A model generated the notes under the pieces. It worked only from the letters and a program-made list of their open reading frames with translations, ran no database searches and had not been told where the DNA came from. The translations under genes and the position numbers were made by a program. Shown piece by piece: positions 1 through 12,105 of a stretch of DNA of 64,000 nucleotides. Source of the stretch: Saprolegnia diclina VS20 (lineage: Eukaryota); NCBI RefSeq assembly GCF_000281045.1, contig NW_008246077.1, forward strand, positions 124,654-188,653. The letters are read 5' to 3'. Each line of letters opens with the position of its first letter. Position 1 is the stretch's first letter.

Positions 1-543
1 GCATTTGTGGCCGCGCTGCTCGTCGCCAGCTTCTTCGTTTTGACGCACAATGTGCTGCCCGCCCTCTTTATCAACGACCCCGACTCGATTGCGTACTGCG
101 TTCTTCGCAATATGGACAACTTGTCCTTATGTCGACATTTGTACCTGTAGAGAAACGCAGCGCGCCTTATATCTGCTCGCACTCTTCGAGTTCGTCGACG
201 GCACAAACTGCGTTGTCCAAGGAATTTTGCGAGGCATGGGTCGCCAGTCCATTGGTGCGTTGTTATCTGAGCTGCTGTGCCTCAGCTCTTACGCCTCGTG
301 CTGTGATCTCATCGTGGTGTAGGTGCCTACGTAAATGCGGCTGCGTACTACGCTGTGGGCATCCCCATGGCGGCTCTCTTCGGCTTTTACTTTGAAGGCA
401 ACGTGTTCGGTCTCTGGGCTGGTATTGCCCTTGGCCTCCTTACGGCGTGCTGCATCTTTTCGTGGATTTTGCGGGGCACGGACTGGCGCGCGGCCGCCAG
501 GAATACATTTGAGCGCATGGCCGACACGTCGTCCAAGTATTAG
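1..543 (+). CDS. MATE-family multidrug/toxin efflux transporter, 3' part (copy A, 5' end outside window)
   Basis: Spliced reading gives ...ALYLLALFEFVDGTNCVVQGILRGMGRQSIG-AYVNAAAYYAVGIPMAALFGFYFEGNVFGLWAGIALG...TDW, the typical MATE C-terminal motifs (GilRG.G.Q, aYY.vGiP, GlW.G). Stop TAG at 541-543. Near-identical to the reverse complement of 4942-5485. Confidence 0.88.
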
Positions 544-1569
544 GGCTAAAGCGCACCGCCTCGCACCATTTGCGAATGTGACGTAGCTTACGGCTCTAAA
601 CACTTGAACAGGGTTGTATTCAACGTCACTTTATTACTACATTCAGTATCATTCCATTGCTTGATGGACACGTACGCCTCGTTGGGCGTGGGGTACATTT
701 ATTTGTCAATTGAAATGAAGGGGCGGCGCGAGTCGATAAACGCATTGCGTGGGAATTTGCTTAACCCTGATTTCGCCCGCAGCAGGTCGCCCCATGCTCG
801 TAGAAACTTGCTGTGGTATGTGTATCACTAGCCACAGCAATTGAACGTGGATGGGGTGCGATTCTTCATGGAGCGAAGAGCAGGCGTACGAGGGTGACCG
901 CCTTGACGACCAAGGCCGCACAACGACGACACTCTACAACGGATCCTTCAATTTGCCCTTGTTTCGAAAGGGTGTTCGGAATTGACGGAGCGCCCACTGC
1001 ATCTTCAAACCGCAAAGTGTGGATTCTTGTCAGGTGGTGTATTACCGGGGTTACCACTATGGGTTTATTTTTTTACGTGGTCTATCGTCAGTCAAGCTAC
1101 TTGATCGACCAGCAGCGTTCGCGGTCATGATCCAGACACGTGTTGCGGAGTTCCACTTGGATACGGCCGAGGGCCGACCTGGAGCTGCAGCACCCGAAGG
1201 TACACGGATGGCTCACTTGAACACGCGGGCTGATGGAAGTCGTTGGCTTGGCGACCGACGCGAAATGTCGAGTGGTCTGCTGTTGATGTAAATTGAATGC
1301 TTGTGATGAAGGCTCGTGGTGCCGACTCTGGTCGAGTTATTTAGTTTTGGCGTCTTGGTCGGTCGTCGTGCATGAAAGTGTATTCGTTTTGGCGCTGGGC
1401 TTGTTGACTTGTTTTCGTTCTGGAGGCGTGGAGCTGGGCGGTTGGCTGGATGAATTTGTTTTCGTTTTGGCGGCGTGGCGCGTTGGATTCGGTTTCTTTG
1501 TTTGGGTCGATGTCTTGGGTTTCGGGGTCGGATGATATGGATCTTGCTGCTGAAGGTAGATGGCTGATT

Positions 1570-1881
1570 TGTGCTCTGTGCTCTGTGCTCTGTGCTCTGT
1601 GCTCTGTGCTCTGTGCTCTGTGCTCTGTGCTCTGTGCTCTGTGCTCTGTGCTCTGTGCTCTGTGCTNNNNNNNNNNNNNNNNNNNNNNNNNNNNNNNNNN
1701 NNNNNNNNNNNNNNNNNNNNNNNNNNNNNNNNNNNNNNNNNNNNNNNNNNNNNNNNNNNNNNNNNNTGCTCTGTGCTCTGTGCTCTGTGCTCTGTGCTCT
1801 GTGCTCTGTGCTCTGTGCTCTGTGCTCTGTGCTCTGTGCTCTGTGCTCTGTGCTCTGTGCTGGTGCTCTGTGCTCGTGCTC
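1570..1881. repeat. Heptamer tandem repeat (TGTGCTC)n / (GAGCACA)n, interrupted by an assembly gap
   Basis: Perfect 7-mer units on both sides of the N-run at 1667-1766, decaying at ~1860-1881. True length unknown. Confidence 0.97.
1667..1766. other. Assembly gap (100 N)
   Basis: N-run inside the tandem repeat; the round size suggests a placeholder length. Confidence 0.99.
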
Positions 1882-2293
1882 ATGTTGGTTCTGTGTTGGA
1901 TCTGATGTTGCTTGTGGTCCCCTGACAGTTGTTTTTGTTGCTGGCTGGCTGGAGCATGTCGTCGTCTTCCTCGGATACGTCGTCTTGTACAGCGTGGCGA
2001 TGAGTTCCTCATCGCTCCGCGTCGCTTGATCCGATGGCGCGGCTCGCAGCAGGTGAAGGCGTCGACTGACGAGGCCTCTTTCTGCTGCTGCCTGAATGAC
2101 AGACGACCGCGCCTCTGAGGACGCGGCCACTCGTCGGTTGGTTTCGCTCGCGGAACGGCTGGAAAAACGCAGAATCCCGCAAAGTGTGGATTCTACAGTT
2201 GAAGCATGACAATCTTTCTCGTTTGTGCAATGTGGGAGAGGTGCGTCGGCTCGGCTACCGGTCGACTAACCGGATTGTCCGGTTAAGCTCACG

Positions 2294-3395
2294 ATGGCGG
2301 TGCAACAATTGGACAGGACGATGGCAAGTGACATGGGCAACGAAGCGCAGCCGATGCTTGAGGTCGAGGCTTCGGCGCCGGATGCCGTAAGCAGCACCTC
2401 CGGCAAGCGCGAGCTTCGCCGCAAGAAGCGGCAAGAGATCTGGGTCTCAGTCAAGGAACGCAAGAAGCAGAAGAAGGAAGAGGCGCGGGCTGCGCGGCCC
2501 AAGGTCCCAGAGCCGGTCCTCGACATGAGCGAGGCTGCCGTGCTCATGCGGAAGGAGCGCGCAATTGCGAAGAGAGAGTCCTTCCTCATGGCTGCGTCCG
2601 AAGGACCCACGATCGTCATTGATTGCGGCTTTGAAGAGGCCATGACCTCCAAGGAGAAGAAGTCGCTGACGCAGCAGATCATGTACGGACGTCATCGGCC
2701 GAAGACCTCTCATCCTATTTGGCTAGGTTCTCGTATGGCATCAACAAGCGCAGCGAAACGCCGGCAAAGTACTCTCCCTAGTCTTGGTACGAGCAGGTGG
2801 CTGACGTGGCTTAGCGTGCACGTGACGTCGGTGCGCGGTGAGGCCGAAGCCAACTTGACCAAGATCGGTGGCTTCAACGACTGGCTCGCTGTACGTCCGC
2901 GGCAGTCTCTTGTATCCACAATGTCTGATGTCTGGTATAGTTTAGCACGACGCCCAAGTGCTACATGGACGTCTTCCGGAAGGAGTCGCTCGTCTACTTG
3001 ACGGCTGACTCGCCCAACGTCATCGACGAGCTTCAATCAGACAAGGTACAACGAGAAGGTCTATAAGATCTGGTTGATTTTGAAGATATCTAGGTGTACA
3101 TAATTGGTGGCATCGTGGACCGCAACCGTCTCAAGGGCGTGACCTACGAGAAGGCGGTGGCGCAGGGCATTGCAACGGCCAAGCTCCCGCTCGACAAGGT
3201 CCTCGAGATGGGTCAGGCCACGCGCGTCTTGACTGTCAACCACGGTACCCAATTCAGCTACGCTCTCCCAAGCGCTCATCGCCTATTGTAGTGTTCCAGA
3301 TTCTCGTCAACTACCGGACCGCGCAGGACTGGACCCAGGCGACGCTGAGTGCGCTGCCGGCGCGAAAAGGCGCGCAAGTCAAGACCAGCGAGTAG
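2294..3395 (+). CDS. TRM10: tRNA (guanine-9-N1)-methyltransferase Trm10 homolog, multi-exon
   Basis: Motifs IVIDCGFEEAMTSKEKKSLTQQI, LVYLTADSPNVI, YIIGGIVDRNRLKG, TAKLPL, VLTVNHVFQIL and W...LPARK match the TRM10 SPOUT family. Stop TAG at 3393-3395. Start could be 2294, 2321 or 2332. Confidence 0.92.
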
Positions 3396-3441
3396 AGACA
3401 AGGAATGCACAGTAGTAAAATTAAAGGTGCCGTCGTCTCTG

Positions 3442-4628
3442 TTAGCGCAAGCACTGCAGCGCCTGCTCGAGGCGCTGGATCGCGAGCTCGACGTCCTTGA
3501 TCTACACATGGTGCATAGCTAAGAGACAGTGTGATTTCATGCCAGAGAGTACCTTGAGCGCCGCCGTCGCAAACTTGGAACACTCCATCGCGTCGTTGAT
3601 TTCGTTATGGGACCACCCGCCCGCGCGGCGCGGCCCACTCGGACGCACCACCGGCGCCGTCGGAGCCTCCGGGAGGTTTATCGCTGGCGCATTGTACACC
3701 GGCGGAGGCGTATACACCGGGGGCGGAGGCGTGTTCTGACGCGGCGGCGCTACCTCACAGGATGAATACGATGAAGGAGCAGAAAGGGCATACCTGGCGG
3801 GGGCTGGTAGGCAGGAGCCGCGGCGGGCATCGGCGGTGCGTGCACTTCAGGTGTGTACGAGTACGATGCCATGTTGGGAAAGTCCGGGACAGATGGCGCG
3901 GACGGCGGCGGAGGAGCCATGCTCACGCTCGGAGGTGGGGCCATGGGCATGCTCGGGGGCACCTCAGGAACGTATGCTGCCGGGGTAAACGGGGCCGGCG
4001 CTTCGCTTTCCGTGTTGTCGGCCATCTGCACAGAGTGATGTGAATCCGCGAAAAACCTCAGCGGCGTTTGTTCTACCTGCTCGCTGGGAGCCCCGGGCGT
4101 CGGCGCACGCCCTTCCTTGATGGCCTTGAGAATATCCGCAGCCTTGTACTTGCTGTACTTGGTCTTCTCGATGATGTCTTCGCTGGGCGTACCGAACTGC
4201 TTGAGGATGTCGAAGAAGCTACCCGCAGCGTAGAACGTCCGCGCCGTGTTCCTAGTTCCCGCCGCCCCATTAGCCCATATTTGTGATTCATGGTTATACT
4301 TGTTGGCGCTGCCGGCGCGGTCTTCTTCGTCCGCGCGCATGAAGATGTCAAAGGCAAAGTTCTCGCAGATGATGCGCCCTTCCTCCTGCGAGTGCGCGGG
4401 CAGCGCCGCCTTCTCCGACTCGAGGCTCTCCATGAGCGAGAGCAGGTACGTCGTCGCTTCGTCCGACGCGTCGTTCTCGCGCAGCTTGATGCCAAGCTCC
4501 ATGGCGTACTGCCGGCAGTAGTACGCAACCATCTTGCTCTCGGGCCGCGTCCGGTCGCGGTCGAGCTCCTCGGCGCGCCGAATGAAGGGCGTGATGGCCT
4601 TGAACGTTGCGGGGATCTTGCTCGCCAT
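3442..4628 (-). CDS. VTA1: Vacuolar protein sorting-associated Vta1/LIP5 (ESCRT/Vps4 regulator), multi-exon
   Basis: N-terminal MIT region (ITPFIRRAEEL...VAYYCRQYAMELG, IFMRADEEDRAG, KYSKYKAADILKAIKEG..PTPG), Pro-rich linker, and C-terminal VSL domain (DAMECSKFATAALKIKDVELAIQRLEQAL). Stop at 3442-3444. Confidence 0.93.
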
Positions 4629-4941
4629 GACCAGAAATACTGTGACGAAGAACGCCCAGCCAGGCGGCTCAGAGTGTAGGTGTCCTTCGGACGTTCACTC
4701 TTGTGGACAGGGTGGCACCTATTTGAGGCACTTTGTGCCAAAGATACCAAATATGCCGCACCGCCATGTCTATATGCCACATTTAGGGCCATGGTTTGAA
4801 TCGGCAAATTGGTCGACAAAAGTTTCACTGAAAAGTCCTGAACATATTTATTCATGCAATTGTGCGTGCAGGCACAAAGCTGGTACATCACATTTGTAGA
4901 TTGGCAAGTGATGTGAGACGGCAAGGAACCTCACATAGTGA

Positions 4942-6767
4942 CTAGTACTTGGACGACGTGTCGGCCATGCGCTCAAATGTATTCCTGGCGGCCGCGCGCC
5001 AGTCCGTGCCCCGCAAAATCCACGAAAAGATGCAGCACGCCGTAAGGAGGCCAAGGGCAATACCAGCCCAGAGACCGAACACGTTGCCCTCAAAGTAAAA
5101 GCCAAAGAGAGCCGCCATGGGGATGCCCACAGCGTAGTACGCAGCCGCATTTACGTAGGCACCTACACCACGATGAGATCACAGCACGAGGCGTAAGAGC
5201 TGAGGGCATAGCAGCTCAGATAACAACGCACCAATGGACTGGCGACCCATGCCTCGCAAAATTCCTTGGACAACGCAGTTTGTGCCGTCGACGAACTCGA
5301 AGAGTGCGAGCAGATATAAGGCGCGCTGCGTTTCTCTACAGGTACAAATGTCGACATAAGGACAAGTTGTCCATATTGCGAAGAACGCAGTACGCAATCG
5401 AGTCGGGGTCGTTGATAAAGAGGGCGGGCAGCACATTGTGCGTCAAAACGAAGAAGCTGGCGACGAGCAGCGCGGCCACAAATGCNNNNNNNNNNNNNNN
5501 NNNNNNNNNNNNNNNNNNNNNNNNNNNNNNNNNNNNNNNNNNNNNNNNNNNNNNNNNNNNNNNNNNNNNNNNNNNNNNNNNNNNNNNNNNNNNNNNNNNN
5601 NNNNNNNNNNNNNNNNNNNNNNNNNNNNNNNNNNNNNNNNNNNNNNNNNNNNNNNNNNNNNNNNNNNNNNNNNNNNNNNNNNNNNNNNNNNNNNNNNNNN
5701 NNNNNNNNNNNNNNNNNNNNNNNNNNNNNNNNNNNNNNNNNNNNNNNNNNNNNNNNNNNNNNNNNNNNNNNNNNNACCATCGAAGTGCTAGAAGTCTGCG
5801 TACCTGGAATACCGAGGGTGATGAATTCGGGAACGTGAGCGACTGCGTCGCGCCACTGACTCGCGGCCGACGTGTCGGTGGGCCACCACGACTTGTACAC
5901 TGGGCGCCGCGCCAAGTAGAGGAGTGCCAGGATCGGCATCGAAGCAGTACACCAGACCCGAGCATACGCAGCTCCGAGGAATCCTAATACAGCCGTCGAT
6001 ACGATGCCATTGATGACGCTACATGCACGTACCAATGTCGGTGACGTAGCAGAGGTAATAACCGACAGCGACAAAGATAAAGTTGCTGAGGACCGCAATG
6101 TAGACCATGGGCGACACGATCTCCTGGGCCTGGAGTACCTTCTTGAGAAGCTCGTAGACAAAGATGAGTGGCAGCGAGAAGATGGTGATGCAGGAAAAGT
6201 CGCCCGCGAGCGTCGCGACCATCGGGTCCTGTCCCAAGGCTTCGAGAAAGTACGTCGTGTGCCAATTCAGCACCAGCATCGGCACGTACGCCAGCCTACA
6301 AGGACGTGAGTTGGAGATATTGTCGTATGCAGCTCGTACAGGAGAACAACGAGGCCGCTTTGGAGGTACATGCCGAGAAGGTGCTCCTTGCCGGCACCGA
6401 CGCACTGTGAGCAGAGTGTGTCCATGGCCGTTGTGAGGCCGACGCCGATCGAGAGGCCGCAGACGTTGAAGAAGACAGTCGACATGGTGGCAGCGTCCAC
6501 AAACTCTTTGGTGTGCGGCGAGTTCATGTGTCCCACGAGCACGATGGAGAGGAAACCCGGCAAGATCTCGAGCAAGAAGGTCGCAAACTATTGAATCATG
6601 GTCAATCAAGGAAGTTGTCGTGTGGTGCACACCATAGGGCCAGCCAAGTGGAGGAGAGCGAGGATCTCAGTGCGCGGATTCATCGGCGTCTCGATGGTGA
6701 GAGCTGCCTCGACGTCGCTGTCGGTCGGTGTGCGGGGTGGTAGCAAGGATGTCGCTTCGCTTGTCAT
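4942..6767 (-). CDS. MATE-family efflux transporter (copy B), multi-exon, spans a gap
   Basis: MTSEATSLL...EILALLHLAGPM, SIVLVGH, GLSIGVGLTTAMDTLCSQCVGAG, LKKVLQAQ, plus the same C-terminal MATE exons as 1-543. Gap at 5486-5775. Confidence 0.92.
5486..5775. other. Assembly gap (290 N)
   Basis: N-run within the MATE gene. Confidence 0.99.
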
Positions 6768-7612
6768 GGTCAAAATTGCAAGTGGCAACGACCAACGTTT
6801 TTCTCCAAGTGGGTGTGTTTTTAAATTGTCTTTTTGTACTGCAGCGTTGTATGCAATTAAATGCCCCAATGGAGCATGTGTTGGGAAAAAACACTGGATG
6901 TAGGGTCGTACAGTGGATGCCGCGATGGCACGCTTGGATTATGGACATGGAATTGGTGCCGTGGTCTGACCGCAATCAAAGAAATGACAGCTTCGTGGCA
7001 CAGGAGGCGAACATTCCGTTGGCCGCCAGTTAGCTGGAGTAGCATAGTTGTATGGAAACGTTGACGATGGCCTATGCATGCGCAGCAGCCAAGAAGACAT
7101 GCAATGCGTGCAATGCGTGACCGACAAAGTCGCAGACCCCACTGCAAACGCACTGCGAAGTTCTTAACGTGAACGCCTGCAGCGTGCACTCGAGGAGCTA
7201 TTGCGATTCGGATAAAGTATACGTCAGTGCGAGGCTATGAAAGTGACGCAAAAGCTGCATGATTTACCCCGTAAGTAGCGCTGCGAGTCGCGATCGCTTG
7301 CTTCAAGGTATTGCATGCTCAAACCGTAGGTTATGGAGGTTAGTGGCTCGTGATTTTTGTCTGCGTGTATTCACCCTTCGGGGCTTCGCTTCATTCGATG
7401 CTTGACTTTGCGGTGACGAGACTGGAAGGTGGTCCGCCACTGTCGACGGTCGTAAAATCAGACACGAGATCCGTCGATACTCAATACAGGTGGCGTCGTG
7501 GGCTATACACGATAACAACAGTGTATGTAAGAAGTTAGCAAAGGTGTTAATCACAACAAGGAATATTAATATATCCTAGTATCATGCAACTATGGACAGG
7601 CGGCGCCTCTTT

Positions 7613-9115
7613 TTATCGCCGCGCAAAGTACTTTTTGGCATACGACATGCTGTTGTGGTCCGTATTGGCGCCGCGGTTGCCGTTGTTCTTGCTGTTGGTG
7701 ATGTAGCTGCTGCTGGTACTGTCGCGTTTCCGCTTTTGGTTGCGCTTCGGGGTCGGTGGCGACGCTTCCGCCTCAACAAACCTAGGATAAGAATATATAA
7801 GCAAATGTCAGGTATCGAAACAGTGTACCGCTGATGCCGGCTGCGCTGCTTGAGCGGACACTTGGCCGCGATGTGCCCAACCTCGCCGCATTCGTAGCAC
7901 GTCACGTCAGATGTCCGCTTGTTGTTGCTCGATGCCGACGATTGGCGGTACGACGCACTGTACTCGCGCCGCGAGTCGTAGTTTTCATCGCACTCTTCAA
8001 AGAAGTGGGCTCCTGCGCACTTGGGGCAGTAGATGCGTCGGTTGGTTGGGCGCGGGAAAGGGACGCAGTGCTAAGTCGCTCAGTGAGCCATCGACACTTC
8101 GAAAAGAGGATTGTACCAAGTGGCCGGGCTCAAAGCACACCATGCAGCTCACATCCTTGTAGTCATCGTTGCCGACCGTGCACGTCTCGGTGTAGTGGTC
8201 ACGGCCACACTTGCGGCAGTAGTTGAGGTCTTGGCGCCGGCTCGAGCAGTTCTACAATCGAAGTATTTGTGACCGAGAAGTAAAACAGGATTGGCGGTGT
8301 ACGCGGGATTCGTGGCCGGGTTGGTTGCAGCGGTAGCAGAGTACGGCGGGGCATGTGCCTGCCTGGTGGTCACGATACCCGCACAGGAAGCACGGCCGCA
8401 TGACCATTTGGTTGACGCAGTCTCTCGACATGTGGCCGATTTCGTTGCAATTGAAGCACTTGGTCGCGAGGTCCTTCTTGAAGTACCGGCTCTCGCGCCG
8501 GGGCTTAATGAGCTTGTCGTCGTCGAGCTTGGCCTTCTTAGCCGGGCGCTCCTTCGTCGCTTCGATCGAGGCCACCGGACGGCCAATGCGCAGCGCGTCA
8601 ATATCGGGCTCGCCATCCGAGACCGCGTCCACGTCGCTCGATTCGTCGTCCGCAACGTCCGTCGCACCACGGAAACGCGTCGTAAAGTCCGAGAGGATGA
8701 AGTCGTTCATGGGCTCCAGCTCTGGCTCCTCAATGATCGGCGCCACCGGACGGGGCTGCAGGAAGCGGCTCGCCCATTTTGAGAGCTGGATAGTTGGCTT
8801 GGTGGCCACCTTGGTTGGCAGCGGCTCGTCATTGTCGTCTGACAGATCCGAGAGATCGATGGCATTGCCACGGTCCTTGCCACGAGCGACGGCGACGTTT
8901 GGCAGCGGCTCATCCGTGAGCTCCGAGTCCGATGCGTCGGCCGACTGCTGCTTGCGCGGGACCTTGGTCCCGAGGTCACGTTTGCGGTGGGCCTTGGGGT
9001 TGGACATGTCGAAGCACTCGCCTTCTTCTTCTTCGCTCGACGACTGCTGCGCCACGAGGTACTCGTCTTCGTCCGAGACGTCCGAGAGCGACAACCGGCG
9101 CGTCCTGCTGCTCAT
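7613..9115 (-). CDS. CCHC zinc-knuckle RNA-binding protein, Air1/Air2/ZCCHC7-like (TRAMP subunit candidate), multi-exon
   Basis: Acidic disordered N-terminus, then RYF followed by tandem CX2CX4HX4C knuckles (CFNCNEIGHMSRDC, CFLCGYRDHQAGTC, CYRCNQPGHESR..C), with a further CYECGEVGHIAAKC near the C-terminus. Confidence 0.75.
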
Positions 9116-9828
9116 GCTCGTGCAAACCAATGAAACACCTAAAGAGAGTCGTTGAAACCTCTCTATTTTAATACAAATTGTATCCGATGTCGGAGGTGTA
9201 AAAGCCCGCCAAATTCAGCGACTCGTTAAGATCGCAACCCTTTACCACAGGAGCGTGGTCAAGCATTCCGATTCTTGCGAGCTTTCCTGTCCGTCCTAAA
9301 AAGACGCAGATAAAACCCAAATAGTTCGCAATATGTCGGTGGTGCAGGAAACATCGACATTCCAAGATTGGTGGCCAACAGCATTATGCTCTTCTGTGCT
9401 GAATGACACCAACAAGGTCATAGCACCAAGCTCATCTCGGCATATGCCATGACAAGTACATGTAGTTGTAAACTCCATTCCCATAGATCAGAGATAACGA
9501 ACCCGTGGTGTAGTTGGCGGTCATTCTTGGCTTCTGTGCGAGTTTGAGGTTGACCAAACACACGCAGCGGGACGAAGCAACACGACATCTGCTCACAACA
9601 ACTCGAGTATTGGCGCTCAAATATATGATTGGCACTGTTGATATCCCATGCCAATCCCGATACTGCTCTGGAGCAGCTCGTGAGTGCGTGAACACTTGCG
9701 AGGTGTGCTGCTTTTAGCGCGGAAAACCTCTTAGAATGCATACTCCGAATGATAAAAAGATAAAACTGCCGCCAAATACAACGGGTCATAATTTTCGATT
9801 CGTGTGCAGAACCACAGGACGCGGCAAG

Positions 9829-11219
9829 ATGGGGATCAAAGGTCTCATGAAGCTCCTTACGGACGAGGCGCCGAGCTGCGTCAAGGAGATGCAGATGTCC
9901 CAGCTCTCGGGGCGCAGCGTGGCCATCGATGCGAGCATGGCGCTCTACCAGTTTCTCATCGCCGTGCGCAGCACCGGCGACGGCGGCGGCGCGGCGCAGC
10001 TCACCAACGAAGCCGGCGAGGTCACGTCGCACATCCAAGGCATGTTCAACCGAACGATTCGTCTCATGGAGCACGGTGTCAAGCCCGTTTACGTCTTTGA
10101 CGGAAAGCCGCCTGTCATGAAGAGCGGCGAGCTCGCCAAGCGCACTGAGCGGCGCCAAGAGGCCCAAGGTGCGCCCAGTCTCGTCTAATGGCACGAAGCT
10201 CATGCATGAAAAGCAAACCTGAAGACGGCTACCGAAGAAGGCAACCAAGACGATATTGACAAGTTCACGAAACGCCTCGTCCGTGCCACGCCCCAACACA
10301 GCGAAGACTGCAAAGAGCTCCTCGGGTACGACGATCACGCGCTTCTTCTGTTGATGGCTCATGGTGTATTCTCTGGATTGGTAGACTCATGGGCGTTCCG
10401 TTCATCACGGCACCGTGCGAAGCTGAGGCCACGTGCGCGGCCTTGGCCAAGGCGAAGAAAGTATTTGCCGCCGGTACGGAAGATATGGACGTCGTCACGT
10501 TCGGCACGCCCGTGCTCTTCCGCCGCTTGACGATCGCCGCGAGCCGGAAGCTCCCGATCTTGGAAATCCGGCTGGAGAAGGTGCTTGAGGAGCTCAACTT
10601 GACGTACGACCAGGTATCTCCTCGCCTAACTTCGTCGACCCTTCCTCACACGGATGCCTCTGTAGTTTGTCGATCTCTGCATCCTCTGCGGTTGCGACTA
10701 TTGCGATACGATCTTTGGCATTGGCCCCAAGAAGGCGCTGAACGCGATCAAGGAACACAAGACGATCGAAAACTTCATCGCGCACCTCGAGAAGCACCCG
10801 AGCAAGGGCGTACGCACCTCATTAATAACCTCTCTTGCCGCATATCTCACCCGTGCGTTTAGGTGACAGTGCCGCAGGACTGGCTCGGCGAAGACGCTAT
10901 CTACAAGCAGGCGCGCGGCATGTTTATCGAAGCCGAGGTGGCCGATGTGTCCGAGATCGACTTCAAGTGGAAGGATCCGAGCGTTGATGAGCTCCGTGCG
11001 TTTCTCGTCGAGAAGCACGGCTTCAACGCCGAGCGCGTCCTGAACGGCATTGAGAAGCTCAAGAAGGCCAAGACGTCGCACTCGCAACAGCGCCTCGAGA
11101 GCTTCTTCACGGTGCTGCCATCGGCAGGCGCCAAGCGGAAAACGACCGACGACAAGAAGGGCAAGGGCAAGGCTGCGCCGGCCAAAGGTGCGCCGTCCAA
11201 GCGCGGCCGCAAAAAGTAG
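9829..11219 (+). CDS. FEN1: Flap endonuclease 1, multi-exon
   Basis: [64 protein letters not shown]-terminal PIP box QQRLESFF and a basic tail. Confidence 0.98.
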
Positions 11220-12067
11220 AGCCCTGCGTTATGTAACTTTTCTACTACGTTCCCGCTTCGGATTCATGCCACGACCTCGCGTTGTGCAAGGAATCGCAGC
11301 CGACGAGGAACCCGTCGCGCAACGAGGAATGCATCCAAGGTACCACTTGGTCGCCTGCTTATAATGCGCAACCGTCACGTCCCTCGTCTCGAGATTCATC
11401 GGCTGCTGGCGATGCAGCGATGGCTTCGAGCTTGCATTGTTGAGGCCAACGCTTGGGTGGCATGGCCTCGAAGAGGTCGGCCTTAGAAATCGGCTGTTAA
11501 TACGCATACAAAGGCCTTATTTCACTCTAATCAGGTGGAAAATTCCTTTTTAGAGCACAAGAGAAGGATAAATATCCAGATTCAAGAATGAAACCAGGTT
11601 TTTTGATGTGCAGCCACGCGCCCGAGCTCTCGCACCACATGGTTTGGCGGTCTGTGAATTGACACGCATGCTCCCACGGGGTCAGGGTTGAAGTTGAGTG
11701 TGCGGTCGAATTGCACAGCCTGGGAGGAGTCCCCTTGTCGTCGATGTTATAGTCGTCTGGTTGCGCCGAATAATGGCGCTGGATTAGCACCTGCTGAGGA
11801 GTCTGAGAGCCACTGCTTGGAGGTACGAAGCCGGATCGAACAGTACCCGACTGGATCGTCATGCAAATTACGGCTTGCATACAAACATCAAATGAGGCCA
11901 CGTCGTCGACTGCGCCATGCGGTAGACTCCAACTGGTTCGAATCCCACGCTTTCTGTGGCTTGGCTACGCTTTCTGCGGCGTTCCGTCGCAGTCGTCGAG
12001 GCGTTTGCAGCGAATCTCGCTCATGCGTAATGGCTGACGGCCATCCAACTTGGTCAGCCGCGTGCAT

Positions 12068-12082
12068 TCACTTTTCAACTTT
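12068..12082 (+). promoter_or_regulatory. Oomycete-type INR/FPR core promoter element upstream of RNase T2
   Basis: TCACTTTTCAACTTT ~25 nt before the ATG at 12106; resembles the TCAYTYYNCAWTTY consensus. Confidence 0.5.
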
Positions 12083-12105
12083 CCAAGTACGAGCAACTAA
12101 CTACC

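Noticed and set aside
1570..1881. Possible CRISPR array or telomere
   Set aside because: Contiguous 7-mer units with no spacers, in a eukaryotic context; the unit is not TTTAGGG-like and the array is internal.
1213..2130. ORFs translating as STEHRAQ / LCALCSV repeats
   Set aside because: They are translations of the heptamer array, read across an N gap; there is no evidence of a real protein.
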